Position numbers and translations under genes: made by a program. A stretch of 64,000 bases of DNA from Tubiluchus corallicola (Eukaryota > Animalia > Priapulida): assembly GCA_030141605.1 (NCBI GenBank), contig JAQGDQ010000077.1, forward strand, positions 1 through 64,000. The letters run 5' to 3'. Shown here piece by piece: positions 24,958-37,981 of this stretch. Under the pieces are notes generated by a model. It was given only the letters and a program-made list of their open reading frames with translations, ran no database searches and was not told the DNA's origin. Each line of letters begins with the position of its first letter. Within the stretch, counting starts at the first letter, position 1.

Positions 24958-25932
24958 TGTTGGGAGCCGTTTGGACCACTGCGCCAAGTAGACCAATTGG
25001 TCTACTTGGGCTAGCCTAAGTAGACCGCGGTCTACATGGGCTAGCCCAAGTAGACCGCGGTCTACTTGGGCTGCCCAAGTAGAACACTAGAGACAGGTCG
25101 TGAATTCAGTCGTTAAGTGTACTGACACCGTCCGTTGTGCTTGTTTATGTAATAATAATAATTAAAAACGTTAATACACGTTGAATAATTTATTATACAT
25201 CTAATAAAATAAAAGAATTTTATTCTGAGCTGGTAGAACGGACAATATTAAATTTGGTTTCGATATTAATGTTGTTGAAGTGAAAAAACCTCACTTTTTT
25301 GCGAATTCAACATTTGTTTAAGGTATATCATTTTTGATTTTGTCTCACTTCACAAACAGGTGATCCGTTTCACTACCTCTTGGGCAAATAATTGTTTTCT
25401 TATAAGTAAACGTTCTAGCGATCTATGTGTCCTACATGGGCTCGCTAGCCCATGTAGGACAGTGCCCTACATGTTACAATACTACTGATAATATTAAAAC
25501 TAATTATCCTTGCTTTTCTTAAATGTTAAAAATTACTTTTTGGTGTTGTGAAGGCTTAGCAGCATCTGTCTCATTTTTAAATTTGCAATTATTTCTGTAA
25601 TAACTGTGTGCAGAATTTCTCTCTTTAAAGCATTAGATACTAGGTTTAATGTTATGATATATTAATGGAGTTAATCATAATGATGAAATTATTGTAAGAA
25701 ATGCATTTGTAAATTGCCAAGGAATATCCATTTCTAAAAGAAATTTTCTTTTATGCTTTATTATGTCATAACAATACTTATAAACAATGGTAATATAAAC
25801 TGGAAACAAGTTTTGCCAGAGCAAGTTTCTCGACAAAAATCGCTAGTGTCCTACTTGGGCTGCCCATGTAGGACACTACTTTTAGCGCATCAAGTGGTCT
25901 ACTTGGCGCAGTGGTCCAAACGGCTCCCAACA
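24958..25932. mobile_element. TGT...ACA DNA element with ~38-bp perfect TIRs and 5-bp TSD (Ginger2-like MITE)
   Basis: TIR TGTTGGGAGCCGTTTGGACCACTGCGCCAAGTAGACCA, TSD ACTCG on both sides. Confidence 0.85.
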
Positions 25933-26441
25933 ACTCGTACGAGATAAACAATTCGCAGAGCGCTATACTTTATTTGTGGTGAGACCATAGTAAAAAATTA
26001 GCGTTTAAGATCTAAGTCATAGTAATAAGTAGAGGACGTAAAACCAATTCAAATCACAGTGTAATAACCAATAACTCACTTTATGTGCACATTTGACTAA
26101 TTTAGTATATTTTGAGGCGTTAGTATACTACTTAAGCAGCTGTGTGTGTTCAAAAACAGCCTGTGCCTCTCTTTTATGTTCAAGTGTAACCAAGATAATA
26201 ATCAATAATCAAGTATAATCATATAATAGCTAAGGTCGTCGAATTGACATGACAACCAAACATTGTGTCATTTCAAGATCTAATGCTATAGTCTGTATAT
26301 ACAAAACAGTCATTCGCCCTATTTTGGAATTTGTATCTGTAGTGTGTCACCACAGTATGTAACTCTGAAAAGTGCTTTGGAGAAATCTCAAGACAGATGT
26401 ACGAGGTTAGTCCATGATGCAGGTCCTGCAGTGATGTCTAC

Positions 26442-26725
26442 TACGGGCAAGCATTCTCTACCAGAAATCGGATTCGAATTCGAATGAAACGGAATTTCAA
26501 TGTTTCGATTTCAGACAAGTTTCTGAACCCTCAGTAAAAAGTGGTTTTACAAAGATCATGCATAGGCCCTATTACTTGATGTTGTTCTGCAATAAAATCA
26601 TTAATAATTAGTTTAAAAAATTGCTCACAAAAATCGTTACTAAATGGTGCTAATTCCGTGATGTTTAAAACCTTTTAATGACAAAAGAACGTATGTGGTT
26701 GAAGTGTGTTCGATGCTCACCCCTA
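26442..26725. mobile_element. hAT MITE family D, degenerate copy
   Basis: Ends ...GATGCTCACCCCTA; TSD ATGTCTAC/ATGTTCAC. Confidence 0.7.
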
Positions 26726-27260
26726 ATGTTCACTTTGTAACAGTTCACATGTACTGCTGATCATGTCAATTGTTATAAAATTATGAAAGGACTCTCAGTT
26801 TTACGAGAACAAGATATCTTTTCAAGACCATGAAGAGAACTATGTGGCCATGATTCCAAATTCTTTATTGAATTTAGCCAAACCAACATCCGGTTTCATT
26901 TTTTTGCCTCTTGTTAGTCCCATCTATGGAACTTACTCTCACTAATACTGTAAATGCACCATCTATCGGTAAATTTAAAATGACTATGAGAATGGACCGT
27001 ACACGTGTGGCACTCCATGTCCTGGTGTCATTAGAAGACTCTAAAGGAGAACAAACTTGTTTGAATTATCGGTCGATTTTGGTTCTCTCAGCGGTTGAGA
27101 AAGAGTTCTCATATTGTGCCGACTTTTTTTTATTAGCTCCAGCTCTTATTTTTACATGACATTTTAATGAATGTGTTTTCCTCATCAAAAGTATTATTAC
27201 ACTTACTTAAGTGTTACTTGCTTGATGGCGTCACTTAGTCCTTTTTATTAGGAAGTTGTT

Positions 27261-27435
27261 ATGCCATCGTGCTGTATAATCACTTGCAATGGCCGCTGCC
27301 AAAATGAAAGCGATTTGAAGTATTATTCGTTTCCACAAAATCGGAAAAGACGTGACCAATGGTTGGCTGCAATGAAATGTCCAAACTTCATTCCCAGTAA
27401 CCGTGCCCGTATATGTGAACGTCACTTTGTAACAG
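27261..27435 (+). CDS. THAP-Merlin gene exon 1 (THAP domain)
   Basis: C-x4-C ... W ... C-x2-H-F signature, donor ACAG|GTTTGT. Confidence 0.9.
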
Positions 27436-30400
27436 GTTTGTTCACGTTGCGAAACCCCATACGTAGGGTTACCATATTGTCTGACTTGAAAAAGAGGACG
27501 CTTTTTTCGCGCACTTGTAAGTAGGCAAAAATGACCAGTCTAGGGTGTATTAAAACAATGCAAAATAAAATGCTAATTATACAAGTAGGCCTACATGTAT
27601 TTTAATAGCAATACCCAATGGCTGTACTGCAAAAGACATTAACACACTGCAATTATTTGCAATAGAAATGAAAGTTCCGCCACCACATGTCGAGCATTTG
27701 GCTTCCCAGTAATATCATTCTGCATGAAAACACGGGTACTTGTCCTTCTTCGCAAAACAGCGAAACTATACAAATTTAAAGAAATTCACATAAAAACAAA
27801 TAAAATGGCTCCAGTAAGCTGACGTCATTTTAAATCATTAGTGAATACAAGCTTTTCTTTGTCTTGTACTCTTGTGCGCCTCTGCAGTTGGCAAAACACG
27901 GATTGAAGCAAATCCCGGACAAACTGCCGTTTTTTTGAAAACCAGCCCGGATGCCCGGGCAGAGGCCCAAAAAGAGGACATTTCTGGGGAAACCCGGACA
28001 TATGGTAACCCTACCCATACATAGGCTGTGTAGCCCAAGGCTTCTTCAAAAGGTCTGTAAGGCACGTGACCTGCTTACAACCCAGCTGTCTGCTATTGAG
28101 GCATTAAGTTGTATGTTTAGTCCTCGTATTTGGAGAATTTGTACGTAGTTTCTAATATTTATTTAAAACGTGCCGACTAGTCCTGTAAATTGCGCACTTA
28201 CACATAAGAATAGGGTGGCTGATGCAAGCCAGCATGTAGTAGGAGATGTAAGTCGAACGTTATCTACTGCCACATTTCAGTTATTAGTTTGCAAGCAACA
28301 TCAAAGTTTATTAAAAATTAAATTAATTTCGTTAAATTGTTGATGTTTATCTTTTACTTGCACAATTCTGATCCTGTAGTGAGAAGTTCTCAGAACGAAA
28401 CCTTTTTTAACTTTACTCACTAACCTTGGTCAAATTCATCTGTTAATAAGACCCCATTTGAAACTACTACATATAATAATCATAATTATTGATTAATTGT
28501 ATTGTTTTGTTTAGATTTAGGTATCCAACTTTATTATTTTTTTTGTTTTCAGTTCTTTTTGGATAATTTGTATCATTTATACTGTATTTTTTATTTGTTT
28601 TTGTTTTTGTTATCTGCAGCATCACCGTTAATTTTTAATATGACTAATCTATTTATAAGAAAGGGCAGGAGACTAGATGACCCTATGGTCCTTCCCTGCC
28701 CTGCTTCATGAATATAATTACTTAATATTTAAAAAACTTTTGATGTTAAACTAATTGTAGAAAATAAATGTTTTATGTCTATTATAACACCAACAAACTC
28801 TAATAAACTGCTGGCAAAAATTGAAGACCAAAAAAATTTGATGCGATAAGATAAAATAAAGCCTTCCTTCTGCTTCAGGAAGACCGGTGCACGACAAGAC
28901 GCATGTTGACTACATACCTTCCGTTGCACTGCCGTGTTGGAACACGCTCTTAGCAACAAATTCAGACATTGTAGAAGCGCAGAAGAGGATTTTCAAAAAA
29001 GTGCAGAAAGATGTCGCTGAGAATGAGCAAGAAGTGTCCGGAAAAGAACAAAATGCGATTTTTGAGGAAGGAGAAGAGGCCTGTGAAAAGATGCAAGAAG
29101 AGACTCCCACGGAAGAGGAAAAAGCAAAATTTGGGGATGTGAGAGAAATTTTTGAAGAAATGCAACAAGGGAGCATAAAAGAAGAACAGGACTCAAATTT
29201 TGGAGAAGACACGTTAGAAGAGTTAGAAGAAGAGTGTTCAGAGGATGAACGAAGAGAGGACTACGAAGAAGATGAAGTAGGGTAGGCCATTTTTCTTTTT
29301 TTTAAATTATTGTGCTTTGTACAAGAATGTGTTTTTTAGATGCCAGAGCACATTCTTCCCAAAATTGCCGTAAATTACCTAATATCCTTGTTATTTTTTC
29401 AAACGCAGGGACAGAGTAAAGTAGAGCCCGTTTAGAGAATAAAACCAACAAACAGAATTGACATTTAATTAACAACTAACGAAGCAATTATCATCTGAAA
29501 TAATTTTATAAAACTAATCATCGATAAATAAACTAAACGATAAAAGTAATTAGGGTTTACGGTCATGTTGGTGCAACATTTGGTCTCGAAAAGTACAACA
29601 TGTAAACGGGATAAGAATTTATTAAAGGGAAATTAAATTCATTAAAGGGAAAAGGAAATAATAAGGGAGTAATTGTGGGTTCTTTCACTTCTTTGTGACA
29701 AAAGGCAAACAGTGCCAAACCTTATTGATAAATGGATAGGTGGTCACATGGGAAATAAACTCAGTGTCATACAATCTCCTTCTAGTATCGATAGCGAGTT
29801 CATGAGAACGGAACCATTCGCATCTAGACAACGCCGAACCACTTCTGCTGGTTCAGTGTCTTATTTTACTGAATTATTTTTTGCTGGTGTGCCTAGTTCT
29901 AGTACTGCCACAAGCCATCTCTATCGATGTATACCTCGCGAATGCGTACTGCAGGCTCTCAGTATGCATTTTTTCTATTGCTGTCAAAACAAAACCTCTC
30001 ACCATTCTGCAGGGACGTATTTACCAGTAGGTTAACTAGGCAATTGCTTAGGACACCAAATTTTGAGGCAGTCAGATTTTTTGTTATGCAGTGTTAGCCT
30101 CTAAAAATTCGTATCTTTTCATATGAAGCGCGTGTTTTATAACACATCATACGCAGTTTCGCCTGCTGTTTAGATATAAGCGTTTGTAAATAACTGCGTC
30201 ATTTCTATCAGATATTGTAATATGCACTACCATGTAATAGTGCTGCTAATACACCACAAGTAATTTTGTATAGCTCTTCATATATAATAAACCATAAATC
30301 CATTGAAGAGATGGACAGGACTGAAATATCAATCTAGGACGTCGCAACGACTTCGATACGGCCCTGCCATTCTGTACTCTAAAACTGTTGAAGACTTCAA

Positions 30401-33400
30401 ACTGTTCTTTTATTGGTTAAATTGACAAATCACACTCCGAGTTTTCATTGTGATTACCAAGTTTCTTCACGCATGCAGTTATTGCTGTAACTTGCTCGTT
30501 TACCGTACCATTCAAATAGATCATTCTAATAAAATTCTTTTATTACAACTTTATTTGACTTTTTCTATTCACTTTCGTTTTGTACGCATTGCCTCAGTTT
30601 TTTATATTAATGACCAGGTAGAAACTTCTCGGTTTTTGTAAGGATGTTGTAATAATAAAGTACAGTATTTTCTCGCTTAACGATTCTAATGCGTTCCAGA
30701 AAAATGCAACGTTAAGCGAAATGTCGTTAAACAAAGCCAAAAAAATCCATAGAAAGAATTGAGATACGTTCCATGGGCAAAAATCAATGCTGCTTAAATC
30801 ATGTAATTAAAATATTTTATGAGTTTTACACCCGTTTATACTGATTAATTTCTTTCCGCTTGCTTGAAACCACTATATGTTTTACTTACCTAGCTAATGA
30901 TTTCTCTTTAGTTGATGTTTAAGTGTAGCCACCTTTTACACAATAAATCCTGCAACAAAGTCTACACCAAGACCTCGGGCAACATAAGAATTTTTATCTA
31001 AAAACTTGCTATAACAACAGGTTGCGGACAAAATTCCTTTGCACCAGCGTTTGTTCACAGTTCTTGCTTGATACAAGTGGCTAGCATTTAGTGGTCAATC
31101 GGGGTCAGTCGACAAAAATTCTTGCATAATAATTGCAGTGTTTACGTTACTAGTGGGTTTTTAGAACAGAGTAGCGCAATATGTACTATTTTAAGGCATC
31201 AAGTTAAGTAAAAAAGCTGTTGATAAAATGAAAATTGGCTAAAAAAATCTTTGTTAAAAACGGAACATCGTTGAGTGAAAAAAGGTGTCAAATGTTCGGC
31301 GCCGTTAAAACGAGAAACATCGCTAAATGGGGAGTCATTAAAGGAAGACCGGACGATTGTTTAGACTGGATCTCATTTTATCTTACTGTCCAAAATATAC
31401 ATTTTCGTGCATATAAAAGTTAACAATTGTTCCTTATATTTGAATAATTAGCTTAGAAAGTTAATTAACGGCAACCGAACACAACTATTGTTTACGTCAG
31501 AAACTAACCACAGTTTGTGCAATGGCAGGCGTCTTCCCTTGCGCGTCAAGCACATTTGCATAGGTGTTACAGTACTGCTTAAATGCATGATGTCACGAAA
31601 AATGGACTTTACATCATATGACGTCAGAAACTAACACTGCAGTTCATGATCATGGTTATCACGGTACTGCCTTCTATTTGTCGACCACACGCGCACATGA
31701 CAAAAAGGCCCCGCTGCCAATGTTAGTAGATTCACTGAGCCGCGCGTAGCTTTGAAAGTTTAACAAAATTTGAGTATCCGAGGTAATTGTTATTATTTAA
31801 TCTAAGCTTTGATTTAAAATAAGCTTTTGTAGTTTTCTTTATTCTGAACTCGTGTTTGCACAATTATCCGGTTTTCCTTTAAGCTAAAATTTTGACATAG
31901 TTTGTTTGGGGAGCAAAAATGAATGTCACAGAGGTTTGTATACCAGAGAGGTCAAATTCCAGAAAGACTGAAAAACCACATGCCTTTGTGTGAATGTTAC
32001 ATTCGGTCTTCCAACGTTACTCTTATTCATTATTCACTCTACTTGACTAATATTTATACCCATACATTTGTTAAGTAAGTGTTTGTGGCGTGCTGACTAG
32101 AATTAGCACATGTAAGCTAACTGTTTGTGGCGCGCTAGTAAGAAGCGCAACATTTTAATCAACTGTTTGTAGTGTGTTAGCTTTATGTAGCATAACAATA
32201 CTCAGCAATTTTTCAATAATCAAACAATAATCAAGTATTTAATTTTTGGACAATTGTTTACAATAAATTAATATTTAAATCTATGTTTAGCTCTTAATTA
32301 ATGTTTAATATTTAAATATTAACCAATTTTTAAATATAAGAGCCGAAATTTAATTGTACTAGAATTTCCAGTTTTCCTTTAAGTGAGCATTTACTGCACT
32401 GTAAAATACTGTGATTGGTTGGTAATTGAAATAACACATTCACAATGTTATTTTTTGCAGAAATACTCATAATCAGAGGACAAGCCATGCACTGGATGAT
32501 GATGTACAACGTGACCTGTCAAGTTACTCGCTAGACAACTTGTATCAGGACACCAGCTCGAAACCGCTAACCATTGACATTTGTAAGAACCTAGGGTTGC
32601 TGGCGAATGAAATGTATTGCGATACCTGGGAACACGAACTCATGGGCTGGAATCGATTCGCTAAGGCGAAAGACGGCTTCGTGTGGCGCTGCAAGAAGAC
32701 GGGCTGTGGCAAGAAGAAGTCAATTCGACTTGGCTCGTTTTTTGAAGGCAGCCACTTACCTGTAGTTACCATATTTCGGTTTATCTACTTCTGGGCTCAC
32801 GACATGGTGACCCAAGACTTTTTAATAAGAGAACTAAGCATCGCGAGCGGAGTGGTTGTGAATTGGAAGAACTATTTTCGAGCTGTGTGTGCCGGGCACC
32901 TTTTCAAACATCCCGTACAGATAGGTGGTCCGAGCGTAACTGTGGAAGTGGGCCACTGTGTGCTGGTGCAAAAAAGGAAGATTCGCAAGCGCATGGTAAA
33001 AGAAGAAACGTGGGCTTTCGGTGGTTACGAAATCGACTCTCGCAAGTGTTTTTTGCAGCGCGTAACAGACAGGTCTGCGAAGACGATTCTGGACGTAATT
33101 AAGCTGCATATCCTACCTGGAACCACCATCATTTCTGATTGTTGGACAGAGTTTGGTGGGATTAGAAATATACCGGATGACTTCGTGTATCTATCAAAAC
33201 AACACGAAATTAAGTTCATTGATTCAATAGAACTAGCTCACAGTCCTAGTAACAGGACGCCGTATCAAACGGCTAAGCGCGAACGCAAGAACCGCTTACT
33301 GGCGTTCAAGTCGTTACTCGATACTTATTTCGTTGAATTTATGTGGCGTTATAAATTTGCGCCGAACCCTCTGCAGGCCATCGTTGACCACCTCCGAGAG

Positions 33401-33418
33401 TATTATCCTTTGCCGTAG
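27261..33418 (+). CDS. THAP zinc finger - acidic linker - inactivated IS1595/ISXO2 (Merlin-type) DDE transposase fusion protein; join of 27261-27435,28879-29281,32461-33418; 511 aa
   Basis: THAP C2CH (MPSCCIITC..FP..RR.QW..ICERHF..DYIPSV) split by a phase-1 intron. Phase-2 splice 29281/32461 joins in frame to Merlin motifs (DGFVWRC, SIRLGSFFE, IGGP, WAFGG, ILPGTTIISDCW, EFMWR). AATAAA at 33455. Confidence 0.85.
27464..28013. mobile_element. hAT MITE in intron 1 of the THAP-Merlin gene
   Basis: TIR TAGGGTTACCATA, TSD CCCATACG/CCCATACA. Confidence 0.85.
28879..29281 (+). CDS. THAP-Merlin gene exon 2 (end of THAP, AVPTIF-like DYIPSV box, Glu-rich linker)
   Basis: CTTCAG acceptor, GG|GTAGGC donor, open frame. 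Confidence 0.88.
30010..30366. mobile_element. hAT MITE in intron 2 of the THAP-Merlin gene
   Basis: TIR CAGGGxCGTAT, perfect TSD CCATTCTG. Confidence 0.85.
32461..33418 (+). CDS. THAP-Merlin gene exon 3 (Zn-ribbon plus degenerate DDE_Tnp_IS1595 domain)
   Basis: Polypyrimidine TTTTTTGCAG acceptor; uninterrupted frame of 318 sense codons with Merlin/ISXO2 motifs. Confidence 0.9.
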
Positions 33419-34849
33419 ATTGCGATATCGTGTTGGAAGACTCGTGTTCCATGTAATAAATACACGCACCGTTTAGTGCTAGGTGGTGCAAAAGTGTAGC
33501 TCGACGGCTGAAGTTCTGTTCGGCTGCTTTCGAATGTCTGCCGGCTTATGAAGATGTGTCGTGACAAGAATCTAAGTTGTCCAAAATCCAAGTCTTCGTA
33601 CACCATTATCTCATTGTAATCTTCATGCTCAGTAGACGTAAAATATATAGTTGCAAAATATATAAAATATATATACGTAAAATATATGGGACGTAGCGTT
33701 TCCGTAACTAGTTGTTTATTCTGCTACAAAAATTACCATAATTTCACACCGTCAGTTATGAGCATTTGAGACATTAAGCCTAGTTCACAACAACAAATTT
33801 GCCTGTTATGATACAGCACTACTACATCCACCGTTAAACAGGCTATTTAACCATTGCTGGCACCACTCCCGACCTGTTATTGTTCTCCAGAAATAGGAGA
33901 TATAAGTTTTGCAAAAAATAGCCATCACGGTGGCCCCGATGCGAAAAATGAATCCCCAATGGCACGACACTAGATCGAGGCCTTTTGTTTGATATATAGA
34001 TCGCCGCAAATGGTGCCGTCGTCGGAGCTGTAGCCATCTTATCATATATATAACATACCACTGAAATGAATATATACGATAATGATGATATCTGATTACT
34101 ACAAAAATTACTAAAGAACTTTTACAACTGCAAGAGATGATTATAATTAAGCCTGTTACAAAATTGGTAAGTTCAGAAACAGTACATATGTCATTACATT
34201 CTCCGAAATTTGGAATGACTAAACAATCAGCAAGCAATGACTATTTCCAAGTATATGAATAAACTGTGTCAGAAATATAAGCGGATTTGGTATCAACAAA
34301 ATGTTTTTTTTATTTTTTTTATTTGTTATAATTATTATCACATTCAGTACAATATAATGACATTAAACACACAGTGACATCAAAATTGTTAAATCTACTG
34401 TATTAAATTCTTATGTTTCATACCCTATCGTTATCATAAAGGAATAATTGTACTGCAGTGGGCTAGAGAAGCAAAGGCTTGTATAAGCCCACTGTCATGT
34501 GAACCCGATAAAAAAAGATTGGATGAGTGAACAAAAAAAATAACTGGGAGAAAGGTTAGATCACACAGGAAAAGTAGAAGGATGTGTTAGTGGAAATGGT
34601 AGGAAGAAAGATAATAGATTGTGCTATGTTGACATCAGCTCTAAAGATTTATCAATGATGCCTTGTTTTGCATAATCTGTACCAGTTTAATGTAAACATC
34701 AAACACAAATCTGTTAAACCAGTTGCAAGCGAAAAACTGCAGTACACTAGAAACCGGCTTAACTAAACCCGCAAAGTTATGCTCGATTGCTTCAAGTCAT
34801 TGCATTTAGACTAAAGGCAAATGAACCATTAAAGTTCGCACCCATTTCA

Positions 34850-35150
34850 TTCAATGTTACATGATGTCACTACGCCACATAAATCAGCGGAAGAAAAGGA
34901 AATGTTGAATTATGTCTCAAAAAACTTTCCATGCAAATCTATATTACTTAGCATTCCACTTACCTGCTGGAAAGATCTATGTAACTATTATTTAAAATGT
35001 TTGTGCCAATTGGTAAACGTTGATTCACCCTCCAGGGTGCACCACTCACTAGCGAAAAATGTATTTTTAATCTTATTGGCAAGATACAGTAATTTAAAAT
35101 TTTACTTAGTTAGTAACATGTATGCTACGAATGCTCTGATTATTTTTTTA
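34850..35150. mobile_element. Family B internal fragment
   Basis: Near-identical to 39060-39350. Confidence 0.7.
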
Positions 35151-35699
35151 AATTTAGAATGTGCTATTTTGATGTTGTGTTTCATGGTGGTACACAGTCA
35201 CGTTAAATGCAAATCAGTAGTGATTAACATCGCTTGTGTGTGTAAAAAACACGATATCTGTATTACATTTTTGTGAATTCTTAGAATGGCGTTGGGATCT
35301 TTTTCACTATTTTTTATCCTGCAATCTTGTGAAATGAACTTTATTTTTTATACATCTTATCATTCCAACGGATGATAGTACATCTAGTTAATTTATGCAT
35401 GTTTTTTTGGATAAATGCAATTGAGGCTGTAAGCAGTTTATTTAGAAGTTTTAGCTCCTTGAATCATTTAAGATTATATGATGTTTAACATAATTATTTA
35501 TAGTTGTGTACATTTGTTTTCTTGTAAACATTATTTATGTCAACAAATTGTTCAGCTCGGTATATTATTTTGCAAACCAAGTTTTCTCCATGTTTTTCGA
35601 CAATCGATTTAATGCTAACGGATTTTAAAATAAAACTTCTGACTTTATTTGAATTATGAATTTATTCCACAGCAACACAAAAACATACATACAAATTGA

Positions 35700-36160
35700 T
35701 ATTACACAGAAAAAAATAAACTATGCGAGTTACTGTGAGGAGAGGGAAGGAGCATTGAGCTTTCGGGTCCTCCTCCAGATAAGTGAAACAACTGACAATT
35801 AACATTACATAGTATTTTCATCAGTTATAACGTACATTAGAACAAAATAAGTTTTGTTAGTAACTAAAGATCAGGATGAGTAAAATTGTGAGTTAATTAT
35901 ACCGTTGTAGTAGATAATTCTTTGCTGCGTTTTTAAATTAATAAAGAGTTTTCATTTCACGTGGAATTGATGACCATATTTTAATAGCATTGTATTTTGA
36001 TGACTGTTTCATTATATTTGTTTTTGGGAGAGGGAGTACATAGTTTCCGACTGAATATCATGTGTTATGATCATCTTGATTTGAAACTGGACTAAAATAT
36101 GACTGAAAAGCTGGTGGAAGTAGTGAATTATGATACTGATACATGAAATGAAGACAATAC
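35700..36160 (-). pseudogene. L2/Crack-like LINE 3' end remnant
   Basis: FMYQYHNSLLPPAFQSYF...AIKIWSSIP, followed by a terminal stem-loop near 35738-35777. Confidence 0.5.
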
Positions 36161-36225
36161 ATCAGTATCATAATTCACTACTTCCACCAGCTTTTCAGTC
36201 ATACTTTAGTCCAGTTTCAAATCAA
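36076..36225. repeat. Near-perfect inverted repeat, 65-bp arms and 20-nt spacer
   Basis: 36076-36140 vs 36161-36225, one mismatch. Confidence 0.92.
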
Positions 36226-37759
36226 TTTAAAGGTCTGTGTTGTACAAAATTTGAAATACAAAATTGCTAACCAAAGCGAAACCCACAAGTTTATAAAGAA
36301 ATAAACCCGCTTTCTTGTATCAGGCTAGTCGATAGTGAATTTTCACAGCAAGGTGTCAGTGGACCTTTAAGATTGCACTAGGCTTGTGTGGTGCTGAAAT
36401 GGCTGATAGTAAAATGTGTTTGGCTTCATCTGATAAATTTCTGCATGTCAGTGATTTTTCTCGGAAACATTCACTATTAATTCTAGCACAATTTCTGGAC
36501 CATGTATCTTGTCAAAAACAATAGAATGATGTTTTATGTTCAGTTTTCTCTGCACTGCATATTATTTACAATCTAACTGAATTGACATGATCTATAATTG
36601 TATGTGGAGATAAAACTGTCAGGTTCTAAACTGAAATTTACTTGCCTGATATCAGGTGGGAAATTTCAGTGGTGTTTAAAAGGGCGCCACAATCCCTCAT
36701 GTGCAGTTATATACATATGTAGTTTTAATAGCTTCTGATGTACAAAGCTTTGGGTCAGAGTCCAAGAATTACTGAATCAGCTACTGCACTTATGAAGTCA
36801 AACTCCCTTACCAGTTAAGCAATCATTCCTGCTAAAGATGCCTGTAGAATGTGCAATGATTCCTGGACACCAGCAGTTGTTGTAGCACAACCTTTAAACT
36901 GCTGTGAAGGATGGGTGGAAAAACGACAAGTAGGATTACAGAGCATTGTTCAATCTATTGAGAAACTGTCCTGCCTACAGTATTTAGTTTAGAATTCTAG
37001 AAGTCTTGTGCATCTCATACAGCATGTAATCTTGATGAATATGACCGGATTGAGTGGTTTGAACTGAATGGCTTGCAAAGTCAAGGCACCCGCCAAACAC
37101 ACCGGAATTATCTTGAAAGGCAGAGTGGAATTAAGCTAAGATCCAAGGGCTGATTGCTTTTCAAAAGACAAGGTTGTCAGACATCTATTACTACAACAAG
37201 ACAAAGATGTGTTGGACGATCTTAAGTTTGACCTTGACCTCCTCCGTTAACACCACAAGAAAGCGAGGTGTGCGACATATGCGAGGCTTCCATATTAATG
37301 TTAAGGGCATGAATGATTCTCAATTGAATATCTTTGTGCAATAAATTATTCTGTACTATTGCACGTTATGTGAGTTGGTGTTTATGTAACATGCAGATGC
37401 AGATGTGTTTTGGGGTGCAGAATAGATAATGTCGATCTATATTGCTTTCAATGCACCCTTTATGCAGCTTGTGCCATTATTTTTCAGCAGGTTTTTCCTA
37501 TTGATTTTTTCTGCAGCATGTTCCGCAGGTGGAAACGCATCCACATCTGCATGCTACATAAACACCACATCAACAAAAAGTTGCATTACTTCCTGTTGAG
37601 CTACGTAACAACTGATTTATACTAAAGTTAACATGTTTAGGGCTTTTAGTACGTCGACCACACTGCAGTTGTATCTTGAGTACTATCATTAACACAGAAA
37701 AGAAAATCTGGCTATCTTCTTTAAGAAATTTAATCTTGATAAGGCAATGAAGTCATCTG

Positions 37760-37981
37760 GTTTTGTTGGCATTTACGTTAGACGCAGCTAAGATAATAAT
37801 AGATTACGTAATTGGCGTCGTTGAGGTTAGTCAAAAAACCGAACGCGAAATAAATTTTTTTTTAGATTGGTTGGTTATGCCGCATTTCCTTTTCTACCAA
37901 CTGTCATGGCGGAGTAGGTTAGGTGTTTTGACATTTGTGATCAAAGATATTTCAATAATTTATTTGTTTGCTCTTCATTAG
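37760..37981 (+). promoter_or_regulatory. Candidate upstream ASPP promoter and non-coding exon
   Basis: CpG cluster, ATTGG boxes, CATGGCGG (YY1-like), donor TAG|GTATGT at 37982. Confidence 0.3.

Noticed and set aside
30661-31360. Possible Tigger-like MITE
   Set aside because: Left end looks right, but the right TIR and TSD could not be defined
32540-33418. Autonomous active Merlin transposon
   Set aside because: No TIRs or TSD seen, catalytic residues lost, and the ORF starts at a splice acceptor rather than its own ATG
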